Notes: generated by a model not told the origin, from the letters alone. A stretch of DNA of 64,000 nt from an uncultured Acidobacteriaceae bacterium (GCA_963701835.1 CAVPBL010000017.1:97116-161115); one strand, 5' to 3'; counted from the stretch's first letter, positions 23,623-32,138 are shown. A program made the numbers and translations.

Positions 23623-24058
23623 TTACACCGCTTGCTGCCGCGCCTCGCGCAGGAGCAGCCGGTAGAGATATACCTGGCCGAAGGCTTCGTTGGAAGCGAT
23701 CGACTCAATCAGATAGTCTTGCGCGGCCACGGTGACCGCTAATGTCATGGCAAAAAGAGACTGCGCCGAAGGGAGGTCAAGCGCGTTCAACTGCTGCTCG
23801 ACGCTCGTGGCCGATACCAGCAACTCCCACGTTCGACTCTCCGCCTTCCTTCCAGCTCGGCCGCAGCTTTCGCATCAGGACCGGGCTCAGTGGCACATCG
23901 GCAAAGGTGGTTGCTACCAACCCCACCTCCGACATGCTGGGTTCCGTATTTGTGCCGGTCACGCGCAGAAGGGCCGTGGCTCCTGCCACACTGCGCAGCA
24001 GCGCATCGGCCAGCATCCGTGGCGCTCCCATCGGGTTGCGCGGCGCCGTATCGCTCAT
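23623..24058 (-). CDS. Putative head-closure (stopper) protein (one frameshift near 23830)
   Basis: ORFs 23777..24058 and 23623..23823 join; C-terminal YLIESI....YLYRLLLR beta pattern. Confidence 0.5.
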
Positions 24059-24061
24059 CGC

Positions 24062-24685
24062 TCACCCCAACCTGTTCGCCACGTACGGATTCAGCCAAGC
24101 CTGCACCGTTTCGTCGATCAGCGAACTTGAGAAATACTTCATTTGCATTGTGTCGATCCTGCTCATGCTCGTGTTCAGCGCCGGCGTCGCCTGCGCATTG
24201 CGCACAATCTGCGCGCACGCTGACTTCACATCGTCGCCGATGGTTGCCGAGCCCGCCGTGTAAGTCACCTTCACTTCGTTGTAAGGCAGTCCCAGGACGT
24301 TCCAGGGCAGCGTCAGCTCCCCGGTACTCGCGTCGTAGTCCACAAGGCTGGGATCGATCGTCGTCCATTGCCCGGGCAATGCAAATGCCCACGCAATTTC
24401 AAAGAGCGGTTCGTGCGGGAGCTCTCCACGTCTGGGCCTTGCGTACCGTCCTTCGATGCCCGCGATCGGCGTCGTCGCCGGGGCCAGCGGCGCCAGCGGA
24501 AGATAGCTTAGCCGCACCGTCTGCGACCCGGCAGTTACGCGCAGGCGCTCGGTGTACTGAATGACGTTCAGGTCAGGCCGCCTGCAGTAACTGTTGATCA
24601 AAGCCGTCGCGGCCGTAATCCAGTCCGCCGTAGTCCCTGCCGGCAATCCAAAGTTCGGGTAATCCGCTGGCTCGAGATATGCCAT
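24062..24685 (-). CDS. Head-tail adaptor (HK97 gp6 / SPP1 gp15-like)
   Basis: AATALINSYCRR, VKVTYTAG...DDVKSACAQIV, V..WLNPY; follows the capsid gene. Confidence 0.75.
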   Translation of the reverse strand: MAYLEPADYPNFGLPAGTTADWITAATALINSYCRRPDLNVIQYTERLRVTAGSQTVRLSYLPLAPLAPATTPIAGIEGRYARPRRGELPHEPLFEIAWAFALPGQWTTIDPSLVDYDASTGELTLPWNVLGLPYNEVKVTYTAGSATIGDDVKSACAQIVRNAQATPALNTSMSRIDTMQMKYFSSSLIDETVQAWLNPYVANRLG

Positions 24686-24698
24686 CGCGTTTCCTTTC

Positions 24699-24827
24699 GC
24701 AGTTGTCAGTTATCAGTGATCAGTTATCGGTTATCAGTCAATTAGCTGCGTCCAAGAGCTTCCGCGATTTCCTGTTCGGAAGCTCGAATCGCAAACTGAC
24801 AACTGACCACTGACCACTGACAACTGT
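24699..24827. repeat. Inverted pair of heptamer arrays (CAGTTAT-like x5 ... ACTGACM x4)
   Basis: cagttgtcagttatcagtgatcagttatcggttatcag and aactgacaactgaccactgaccactgacaactg are mutually complementary. Confidence 0.85.
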
Positions 24828-24832
24828 CTTTC

Positions 24833-25801
24833 TTACCGGTCCACCAGCACCTGATAGTGGGCGAAGTTCGCGCCCTTCACCACCGGAGCGCCGAACTTGA
24901 CTGCCACATACTGGTGGGTCAACGAGTTCGGTAAGCCGAGCTGGAAGACGCGCGGCGTGGGATCGCCCAGCCAGTGGTACTCGATCAGATCCTCGGTGAC
25001 GATGTAGGCCGGAAGCACGGCATTGCCCGTTCCCGGCGTACCGGTATAGCCAAGGCTCCAATCGGGGATCAGGGGCAGGTCGCCGGCCTGCGTCGAAATC
25101 ATCTTCACGCGGAATCCGCCGGTGATCTGGTCGGTGTTTAGCACCACGTTGTACTCGGACTTCATCTCCTGGTCGATCAGGTCCAGCAGAACCGGGTTGG
25201 CATAGATCGCTGTGGGCCGCACATAGTAGCCGGTGTTGGCCACCATCTGCGCCACCGTGGTCTTGATCGTGTCCACGATCTTCATCGCGGCGGTCACGGT
25301 TACCGAGTTGCCGCCAGCCGCGATCTGCGCAGCACAACCCATGTACTGCGTAGTGGTCGGAGCGCTCAGGCTGGTGTCGTTGCCGTTCCACAAGGCCACA
25401 TCGTGCGCCACCATCACGCCGCTCACCGTGTCCACAAGGTCCTTGGCCTGCAGATATGCAAACTGCTTCTGCTGGTCACCCAGCTCGATGTCGAAAAGGT
25501 TGTAGTTAATCTGCGCCACGATCGCCTTCAGCGGCACGCTCAGCTCGATCCTCGTCGGGCTTACCACCGTGGGATTGATGCTGCGCGGATTTACAAAGCC
25601 GGCAGTGCCCGGATTGGGGATCGCCGTCTCCTCAAAGAACCGCGATGGATGGCCGGTCGCGGGAACCTGCTTGATGCGCTGCCCAAAGGAGCTCGAGCGC
25701 CGGCAGATGTCGAAAATCTCGGTCTGATACAACGGAACTTCGATGGCTCCCGGCCCGATGAAATCCGCTGCCGCGTGAATGTCTGCAAAGGTTGCGTTCA
25801 T
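24833..25801 (-). CDS. Major capsid protein (HK97 fold, SU10-MCP-like)
   Basis: 322 aa after portal/protease/scaffold; ALWNGND, PTAIYANP, ISTQAGDLPLIPD pattern. Confidence 0.75.
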   Translation of the reverse strand: MNATFADIHAAADFIGPGAIEVPLYQTEIFDICRRSSSFGQRIKQVPATGHPSRFFEETAIPNPGTAGFVNPRSINPTVVSPTRIELSVPLKAIVAQINYNLFDIELGDQQKQFAYLQAKDLVDTVSGVMVAHDVALWNGNDTSLSAPTTTQYMGCAAQIAAGGNSVTVTAAMKIVDTIKTTVAQMVANTGYYVRPTAIYANPVLLDLIDQEMKSEYNVVLNTDQITGGFRVKMISTQAGDLPLIPDWSLGYTGTPGTGNAVLPAYIVTEDLIEYHWLGDPTPRVFQLGLPNSLTHQYVAVKFGAPVVKGANFAHYQVLVDR

Positions 25802-25831
25802 AGGCTCTTTCCGCCCCCTCCATGGGGCCTT

Positions 25832-25948
25832 TTCTCAGGTTTCAGGTTTCAGGTTTCAGGTTTCAGGGGTAAGGTGTCAGGACTCAGTGGTCATTGTTTA
25901 GGAAAGGATCGGCATTTCTGATCCCTGACCCCTGAAACCTGATCCCTG
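25832..25948. repeat. Inverted pair of heptamer arrays (TTTCAGG x5 ... CCTGAxx x4)
   Basis: tctcaggtttcaggtttcaggtttcaggtttcagg and ctgatccctgacccctgaaacctgatccctg. Confidence 0.85.
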
Positions 25949-25951
25949 CTT

Positions 25952-26350
25952 CTACGCGATCGCGCCGGCGCGCAGCAGTTGAGTCTTCACCGCGATGCGC
26001 TGTTCCAGGCTCAGCCCGGACAACGCCGCATCCAGGGCGCGCACATCCACCGGTCCCTCGCCGATGCCGTGCTTGGCCAGCATCTCGGCAGTGGCGGCGG
26101 GCATGGTGCGGCGCAGCGGGTTGAGTGCGCTTTGCGACGACGCCGCTTTTACTTCGGCCAACTCGCGCTCCACGGCGGCCAGCTTCTCCGCCAGCTCGGT
26201 TTCGCGGCGGCTCTGTTCCACCGTCGCCGAAATCCTCTCCACCTCTCCGGAGAGCTCGCCCTGGCGTTCTTCCAGCCAGCTCAGCGTCTTCTCCAACAAG
26301 GCGGTTGCGGCCTCCAGCCGCTCAACAATGCCTTTCTCTTCTTGTTCCAT
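25952..26350 (-). CDS. Capsid scaffold protein (coiled coil)
   Basis: E/L/A-rich helical 132 aa immediately upstream of the capsid gene; RBS AGGA. Confidence 0.65.
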   Translation of the reverse strand: MEQEEKGIVERLEAATALLEKTLSWLEERQGELSGEVERISATVEQSRRETELAEKLAAVERELAEVKAASSQSALNPLRRTMPAATAEMLAKHGIGEGPVDVRALDAALSGLSLEQRIAVKTQLLRAGAIA

Positions 26351-26404
26351 GTTTTTCCTTTCCTGCTTCCATGAATTCCGCACTAACATCCGGTTCACCC
26401 AGTG

Positions 26405-26432
26405 ACAAAAACGGCTCCGCGAACGGAGCCTC
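26405..26432 (-). terminator. Intrinsic terminator between protease and scaffold
   Basis: GGCTCCG-TTCG-CGGAGCC-GTTTTTG on the minus strand. Confidence 0.8.
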
Positions 26433-26542
26433 TTCGATTACTTTCTTACTCGCTGATTGACTAACTCGCCTACTTACTCATTTACCACCCGGCTTACTCC
26501 ATTGGCTGACTCCGCCAACTCCGCTAACTCCGCTGCCTTCCG

Positions 26543-27043
26543 CTAACTCGCCATGCGGAAGCTTGTTGCCCGGTAGGCCGCTTTGTCTCTCAGCAGAATC
26601 GCCGCCCCCGTAAACATGACCCGGGTCAGCTTCCACACCTCGGCCCGCATATCTTCCACGCGTGCATCGGCCAGCTCGTAACTCATGCCCAGCGCCTGCG
26701 GCGCGTGCGCCGCAATCGCCGCGGCCACTTCGGGAAAGTCGCGCGCGTAAAGGTATCCGCGCACCACCAGGCGCGGCCCGATTACGTCGGCCTCGGTCAG
26801 CAGGCCGATCTTGCGCCGCGCGTCGTGGCCGTCCCAGCCCGGCCTGTAATCCACGGCCATGCCCAGCAACGAGGGCAGCGCCTTTTCCGCCGCTTCACGC
26901 GTCAGCATCACACGGTGCCCGCGCGCTCCGGCCGGCGCTTTATCGCTGGCCGCATTCACCAACGTCAAAACTCCCTCAAAGGGCACCCGGTTGGGATGCT
27001 TGTCCACGTGAGGGATCTTTACCGCCATCGCTTCCAATCGCAT
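26543..27043 (-). CDS. Putative prohead (maturation) protease
   Basis: Between portal and scaffold; HD..RKIG, L.VRGYL and GMSYE (His/Ser) pattern of phage prohead proteases. Confidence 0.65.
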   Translation of the reverse strand: MRLEAMAVKIPHVDKHPNRVPFEGVLTLVNAASDKAPAGARGHRVMLTREAAEKALPSLLGMAVDYRPGWDGHDARRKIGLLTEADVIGPRLVVRGYLYARDFPEVAAAIAAHAPQALGMSYELADARVEDMRAEVWKLTRVMFTGAAILLRDKAAYRATSFRMAS

Positions 27044-27089
27044 GCTCGCTCCGCTCCGCCAGGGACTCAGTCCCCAGTCCCTGTGACCC

Positions 27090-28373
27090 TTAGTCCCTGC
27101 TCTCTGCTTCGCCCGCCAGCAACACTGCTCTGTTCTCAGCCAGCGGCCCCAATCCGCGCATCGCCCGAACTTCTTCGACCGTCAGCACGCCCGCCTGAAG
27201 CAACTGCACCTGCACCTGCAACTCCGTCTGCTCGTCGCGCGCGGTCAGCTCGTTGAACACAAACTCAAACTCCCTCCATCCGATGCACTTGGCGAAGAGG
27301 TCGCGCGTGATGTGGCCGGCCAGCAGCACAGCCAGCGGCGAGATCGCTCCGCGGAAGGCCTCGTCGGCCATCTCCGAGGCCGTCGAGCGATTCACATCGC
27401 TCTCCAGCCCCATCAGCAACGGAGGCAACCCGAAGGCATTGGCCACCATTCGGATCAGGAACTCCTGCCAGGCCAGGCGCAGGTCTGCGTCCGTTCCCTG
27501 GGCAAAGCGCAGCACCTCCGGCTTCTGCTCGGTCGAAAGCAGCGGCACGCGCCCCGTGCCTTCGATCTCGTCCTGCCACCAGCGGATCAACCGGTCGTGC
27601 TGCGCCGGCGTAGCTTCGTTCAGCCACAGCGCGTACTGCGCCACCGTGTTGGCCGCCAGCTTACCCGCAAAACGGTGCGCGCTCAGGAACTGGTTCACCG
27701 TCTCGAAGGCCACCTCCAGCGGCCCCAGCCCGAAGGGGGTAAAGCTGCGCGGATTCATCCGCACGTACATCAACTGGCGGTCGAGCAGCTCCACCGCGCC
27801 CGACTCCAGTTGCCCCGGCACGGCCTGCGCGTAGCGCGGCGTATCCTCCTGCCCGTCCCACTTGGCGTTGATGCGGATCGAAGCCCCATCCACCGGCCAC
27901 AGCACGGCCGGCCGCTCCGGGTCTCCGGTCGCCTCCATCTCCATGGCCCCGAAGCCGCCGGTCAGCGCATCCTCGATCACCTGCTCGATCAAGGAGCGGA
28001 AACTGTCGGCCGGATTCGGCTCCTCCAGCACGCGGCGCAATGCCCGCATCTTGGCCGCCGCAAAGGCCGCATCTTCCGGCCTTACCCCGCGGCGCACCCG
28101 CACCTGCCAGTCCATGGCCGCAATGCGGTCCTTGATGACATTGATTGCCCGCCGTACCACCGGCGTCTCTGCAAACCCGCGCAGGTTCATGGGCGTGGGC
28201 TTGGGCAGGTGCCGCCCCGGAAACTCGACCGGACTCAGGATCGCGGGCAAAGCCAGCGTCTTGCGCTCCGTCTCCGCCTCAAGCTCGATCTGCCCGCACT
28301 TCCCGCCCTGGTCTGCCTGCCTGCCGTGGCGGGCCTGCCGCCACATCTCCCGCAACTGCTCGCCTACCTTCAC
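27090..28373 (-). CDS. Phage portal protein (HK97-family-like)
   Basis: PVVRRAINVIKDRIA, LEEPNP, LWPVDG, FGLGPLE, VANAFGLPP..MG..DVNRST, GVLTVEEVR..GL.PL; GTG after AAGGAAGG. Confidence 0.92.
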   Translation of the reverse strand: MKVGEQLREMWRQARHGRQADQGGKCGQIELEAETERKTLALPAILSPVEFPGRHLPKPTPMNLRGFAETPVVRRAINVIKDRIAAMDWQVRVRRGVRPEDAAFAAAKMRALRRVLEEPNPADSFRSLIEQVIEDALTGGFGAMEMEATGDPERPAVLWPVDGASIRINAKWDGQEDTPRYAQAVPGQLESGAVELLDRQLMYVRMNPRSFTPFGLGPLEVAFETVNQFLSAHRFAGKLAANTVAQYALWLNEATPAQHDRLIRWWQDEIEGTGRVPLLSTEQKPEVLRFAQGTDADLRLAWQEFLIRMVANAFGLPPLLMGLESDVNRSTASEMADEAFRGAISPLAVLLAGHITRDLFAKCIGWREFEFVFNELTARDEQTELQVQVQLLQAGVLTVEEVRAMRGLGPLAENRAVLLAGEAESRD

Positions 28374-28389
28374 GCGCACCTTCCTTGCA

Positions 28390-28425
28390 AACAAAAAGGC
28401 ATGACCCGTGGGCCATGCCTTTTTG
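28390..28425 (-). terminator. Intrinsic terminator immediately upstream of the portal RBS
   Basis: AAAAAGGCATGGCCC-ACG-GGTCATGCC-TTTTTGTTT, then GCAAGGAAGG RBS. Confidence 0.85.
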
Positions 28426-28514
28426 AGCGGTCAGTATTCCGTGGTCAGTTGCCAGTCATGAGCTGCTCGCTCAACAAACTGCTTCGAACCACCTGAATTC
28501 CATCAACAAGATCG

Positions 28515-28570
28515 ATCTTACCGCGAAACAGGGAAATTAACTGCAAACTTCGGCAAGAATATTTTTGCCG
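28515..28570 (-). promoter_or_regulatory. Putative promoter of the virion operon: -10 TAAGAT plus upstream 20-bp palindrome
   Basis: TAAGAT at 28520-28515 without a good -35; CGGCAA-a-AATATT-c-TTGCCG at 28551-28570. Confidence 0.5.
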
Positions 28571-28658
28571 CAGTCCCTTTGTCCTACTGTGCTGAAACAA
28601 ATGATCTTAGGCCTGGGAATTCCTCTTTTCCCCTCTCCCCAATCGCGGTTCCCCCTCT

Positions 28659-29492
28659 TTACACGCGCAGTTCCCGCCGCGCTGTCTCCGCCACGCGGCC
28701 CATGTCCGAGGTGGTCAGCACCCGGATTTGGTGCTCCTCCATCGCCTCCACGCCGAAGCGGTACAACTCCAGCCGCTCCGGCTCTTCCTCCGTGGCCCTC
28801 AAGCGCGCCGCCGGCTCGACCACGGCGGTCAGCTCCAGTTCGGCCTTCTCTACCCGCTCCACGCCCGCTCTCAGCGCGGTGGCCGAAAAGGCCAGAACCT
28901 TGGCCATCTCCAGCCCTGGATCCAGGCTCACCGCATGAAACATCCGCACCAGTCCGTTGGGCCGGTATCCCATGTCGATGCGCAACGGATCTCCGGGCCG
29001 CGTGTACTCCGAGGCGGCGATCCGCTTGCGCAGCAGATCCCACACGCCGGCATGCTCGAATTCGCTGCGCATGCGGGCTTGGATGGCCGCCCGGCCGCTT
29101 AGCCTTGGGCTCCGTTCCCGCGGCGGAGGCTCGACATAGAGCCGCATCAGCTCCTCCATTCCCGCGGGCATGCTCTCGGCAAGGTAGGCCTTGGGCTCCG
29201 TCATCTGCACGGTCAGCGAGAGCGACTCCTCGAGAAGCTGCATCAGCCTGCCCCCGGGCTCCTGCTCCAGCCGCCGCCGCAGTTCGCTTTCCATCCCTTC
29301 CAGCAGCGCCGTATCGGCATCGGGATCCAGGCAGCGCACCCGCCGCCAGTCGCGGGTGAACCGCACCTCCCCGTGCGGGTTCCCCTGCTCGCGCAGAATC
29401 ACCCCGATGTGCACATACTCGTTCCGCACCGCGTCCGGCACATACCGGAGCAGTCGAAACTCGCACGCGCGCCGCTGGTGTTGGCTGTTCAT
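28659..29492 (-). CDS. DUF3037 domain-containing protein
   Basis: FRLLRYVPDAVRNEYVHIGVIL N-terminal signature; downstream of a HipA-like kinase. Confidence 0.85.
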   Translation of the reverse strand: MNSQHQRRACEFRLLRYVPDAVRNEYVHIGVILREQGNPHGEVRFTRDWRRVRCLDPDADTALLEGMESELRRRLEQEPGGRLMQLLEESLSLTVQMTEPKAYLAESMPAGMEELMRLYVEPPPRERSPRLSGRAAIQARMRSEFEHAGVWDLLRKRIAASEYTRPGDPLRIDMGYRPNGLVRMFHAVSLDPGLEMAKVLAFSATALRAGVERVEKAELELTAVVEPAARLRATEEEPERLELYRFGVEAMEEHQIRVLTTSDMGRVAETARRELRV

Positions 29493-29531
29493 ATTCTTTC
29501 GTAGTTCGTGATTCCTGGTCAGGACAAGTCT

Positions 29532-29640
29532 GAGTGCGAGTGTGAGTGTGAGTTTGAGTGTGGGTGTGAGTGTGGGTGCGAGTGTGAGTGTGGGTGTGAG
29601 CGATCAGCGCACACAGTCCACTCACACTCACACTCACACT
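29532..29640. repeat. Hexamer microsatellite (GAGTGT-like x11) with inverted (ACTCAC) x3 arm
   Basis: Direct reading of the sequence; 18-nt spacer between the arms. Confidence 0.9.
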
Positions 29641-29687
29641 GTTCCCTTGTCCCTACTTCCCACTCCGTAGTCCCCACTCCCTGCCCT

Positions 29688-30554
29688 TCAATTCACCCTC
29701 ATCGTATCCCCCCATCGCGCCGCCCTCCAAGCCGCTTCCTCCCCTTCCTTTCCCTTCTCGCCCCATTTGGGAAACGGCCTCCGGTCCGAGTTCCCAAACG
29801 CCTCAATCAACTCTCGGACCCGGCTGCGCCGCGCCAGGAGCTTCTCCACCAGCGCTTCCATTTCGCCCAGGTCCCCGCCGTACCACTCCGGCGGAACCTC
29901 GTTGGCTGCCGCCCAAACAGACTCCGCCGGCATCGTCTCCACACGCGTCAACCACGGCTCGAACGCCTCCCATCCCGTGATCTGCCGGTACACGTCATTG
30001 CGGTAGTACACCCCGCGCAGCGGCGCATCCTCGAAGCGCCACTCCCCGGCATGAAAGCAGTAGCCGAAGTCGATGAAGACGGCCTTGTACCGCTGCTCCC
30101 GCTGGCGGCGCGTAAAGACCGCCTGCCGTCCATTGGCATTGGCCGTCCACTTGTCCACGGCCAGGATCCCCGCAAACTCGCTCAGGTTCTTCACCTCGGC
30201 CAATTGCTCTTCGGCCAGGTAGTCCACGACCTGGCCCGGCATCATGCCGCCCGCGAAGCGCGACCCAAACTGCAGTCCCGCCCGGCAACGCACGCGCGTC
30301 CGCCCCAGGTCGATCTCCAGTTCCGGCGTATTCTCAACCAGCCAGCTCGAAACCTCCACCACCTCGGTCTCCGGCACGGTCAGCCCCGCCGCCGCCGCCA
30401 GGCGCGAGGCCAGAAACTCATTGGCCAGCACACGGGTGTGCTGCGGGTTGTTCTGGAACTTGACTACGTAGATGTGGCCGTCCGCGCCCAGCATCAACTG
30501 GCCCTGCGCGCCGCCCCGCATGCGCCGGATCTGCTGCACCGCCAGAACCGCCAC
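29688..30554 (-). CDS. HipA-like kinase (HipA_2 family)
   Basis: RMRGGAQ glycine loop, YVVKF, LANE, DKWTANANGRQ, FIDFGYCF. Confidence 0.85.
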   Translation of the reverse strand: MAVLAVQQIRRMRGGAQGQLMLGADGHIYVVKFQNNPQHTRVLANEFLASRLAAAAGLTVPETEVVEVSSWLVENTPELEIDLGRTRVRCRAGLQFGSRFAGGMMPGQVVDYLAEEQLAEVKNLSEFAGILAVDKWTANANGRQAVFTRRQREQRYKAVFIDFGYCFHAGEWRFEDAPLRGVYYRNDVYRQITGWEAFEPWLTRVETMPAESVWAAANEVPPEWYGGDLGEMEALVEKLLARRSRVRELIEAFGNSDRRPFPKWGEKGKEGEEAAWRAARWGDTMRVN

Positions 30555-30613
30555 TCCATCACCTGTCCCTGACTCCGACTGTCCCCGGTTCTTTCCCCGA
30601 TTCTAAAGCAGCC

Positions 30614-30779
30614 TTCAGCTCTCAGCCGGCAGCTTTTGGTTTTTGCCTTCCAGCTTCTAGCCGATCTGCGCGCAGGAAAATAATCGGGGATCTGGGACGT
30701 CGCCGTCGCTGCAGCACAACTTTGCGCGGCGCGGCTAGCGGCGGCAAGCTAGCAGCTAGAGGCTAGCAGCTAGTAGCTT
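30614..30779. repeat. Inverted heptamer arrays (CAGCTxx ... GCTAGxx)
   Basis: tcagctctcagc...cagcttctagc and gctagcagctagaggctagcagctagtagct. Confidence 0.65.
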
Positions 30780-31878
30780 GCTTTCCCCATCCGCTTCGCC
30801 TCTTCCTCGCCGTCCAGCACGCGAAACACGCCTTCCGCCAGCGCCTGCAACTCGTCCTCGCCCGGATACACCGCGACCGGCGCAATCCACTCCACGGTTC
30901 CGCGCAGCCGCTCCACCAACCGCTCCGAGTGCGCCATCCCGCCGGTAAGCAGCATCGCGTCCACCTTCCCTTCCAGCACCGCGGCCATCGCTCCGGCCTC
31001 CTTGCCGATCTGGTAGACCATGGCCTCGAACACCGCCGCTGCCTGCCGGATCGCCCGCATCGATCCGCCGCTCCACTTCCATCAGGTCGCGCGTCCCAAG
31101 ATACGCGAACAGCCCCCCGTCGCCAAAGACATGGCGATCGAGCTCCTTCTGCGTCATGGTGCCGCTAAAGCACAGCTTGATCAGCTCGCGCACCGGCAGC
31201 GATCCGGTGCGATCCGGGCCGAACGGCCCCTCTTCGATCGAGTTGCTGTCGATCATTCGCCCGCCGCGGTGCGCCGAGACCGTGACCCCGCTGCCCATGT
31301 GAGCCACGATCAGCCGCAAATCCGCATAACGCCCGCCCCTGCCCGCGCGCGTAGCGCCGCGCCACCGCCTTGGTGTTCAGTGCGTGGCCGATAAACGACC
31401 GGCGGACCAGCGGCGAGCCGGAGAGCCGCGCGCACGCCTGCCACTCGTCCACCGTCACCGGATCCACGATGTACGCGTTCACCTCGGCGGCACTGGCAAA
31501 GCGCAGCGCCAGCACCGCTCCCAGGTTCGACGCATGTTCGCCGCGCCGCGCACGGCGCAATTCCTCCACCATCGTGTCCTCCACGAGATAAGTGCCGCAT
31601 TCCATCGGCGGCAGCAGACCGCCGCGGCCGGCAACCGCGGCCCAGCGCTCCTCGCCCTTCCCGCTTTGGCTGTATCCCGCCTCCGCGAGCGCTGCCGCGA
31701 TCAGTCCCGCCCGGTACTCCAGCCGGTCCAGCATGGGCCGCCCGCGAAACCGCGCCACCTCGTCGTCGCCGTGGTGAATGTTCCGCGCCATCTCCTCGCC
31801 CGCGCGCGTGTAGACGCCGAATTTCGTCGATGTCGTTCCTGGATTAAGGACAAGAACCCGGCCCTGCTCGCCGCTCAA
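30770..31878 (-). CDS. buk: Butyrate kinase (frameshifted)
   Basis: [55 protein letters not shown]. Confidence 0.92.
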
Positions 31879-32138
31879 GCTTCACCTCTCTGGCGACCTT
31901 GAGTTTACCTTGCCGTCCCACTCGCGCGCAGGCCAAGCCGCTGACTCCAAAGGGAACCTTTCCAGCCAACCGCCTTCCCGCTAAGGCCGAATGAATCTCG
32001 GGCCGCGGACCGGAATCCGTGCTACACTTGGTGTAATCGTAGAATTCGATCTGAAGTTCTTGCCTGTTCCGCGTTATCGCCTACTCGCAACACTCCACAT
32101 TGCGTTCGGCGGTAAATCAGTATTAAGAGGAGCAACAC

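Noticed and set aside
24833-25801. Encapsulin nanocompartment
   Set aside because: The capsid gene is accompanied by portal, protease, neck and tail-like genes and has no adjacent cargo enzyme
19344-30554. Complete inducible prophage
   Set aside because: No integrase, repressor, replication, terminase, tape measure or endolysin genes, and no att repeats or tRNA target seen
28537-30572. ORFs 28537..29637 (HTHTHT) and 29508..30572 (ECECEC) as metal-binding proteins
   Set aside because: These are translations of the hexamer microsatellite in frames overlapping the real DUF3037 and kinase genes
32020-32138. Novel ncRNA upstream of csp
   Set aside because: Long structured 5' UTRs are a normal feature of cold-shock genes; nothing beyond that is evident
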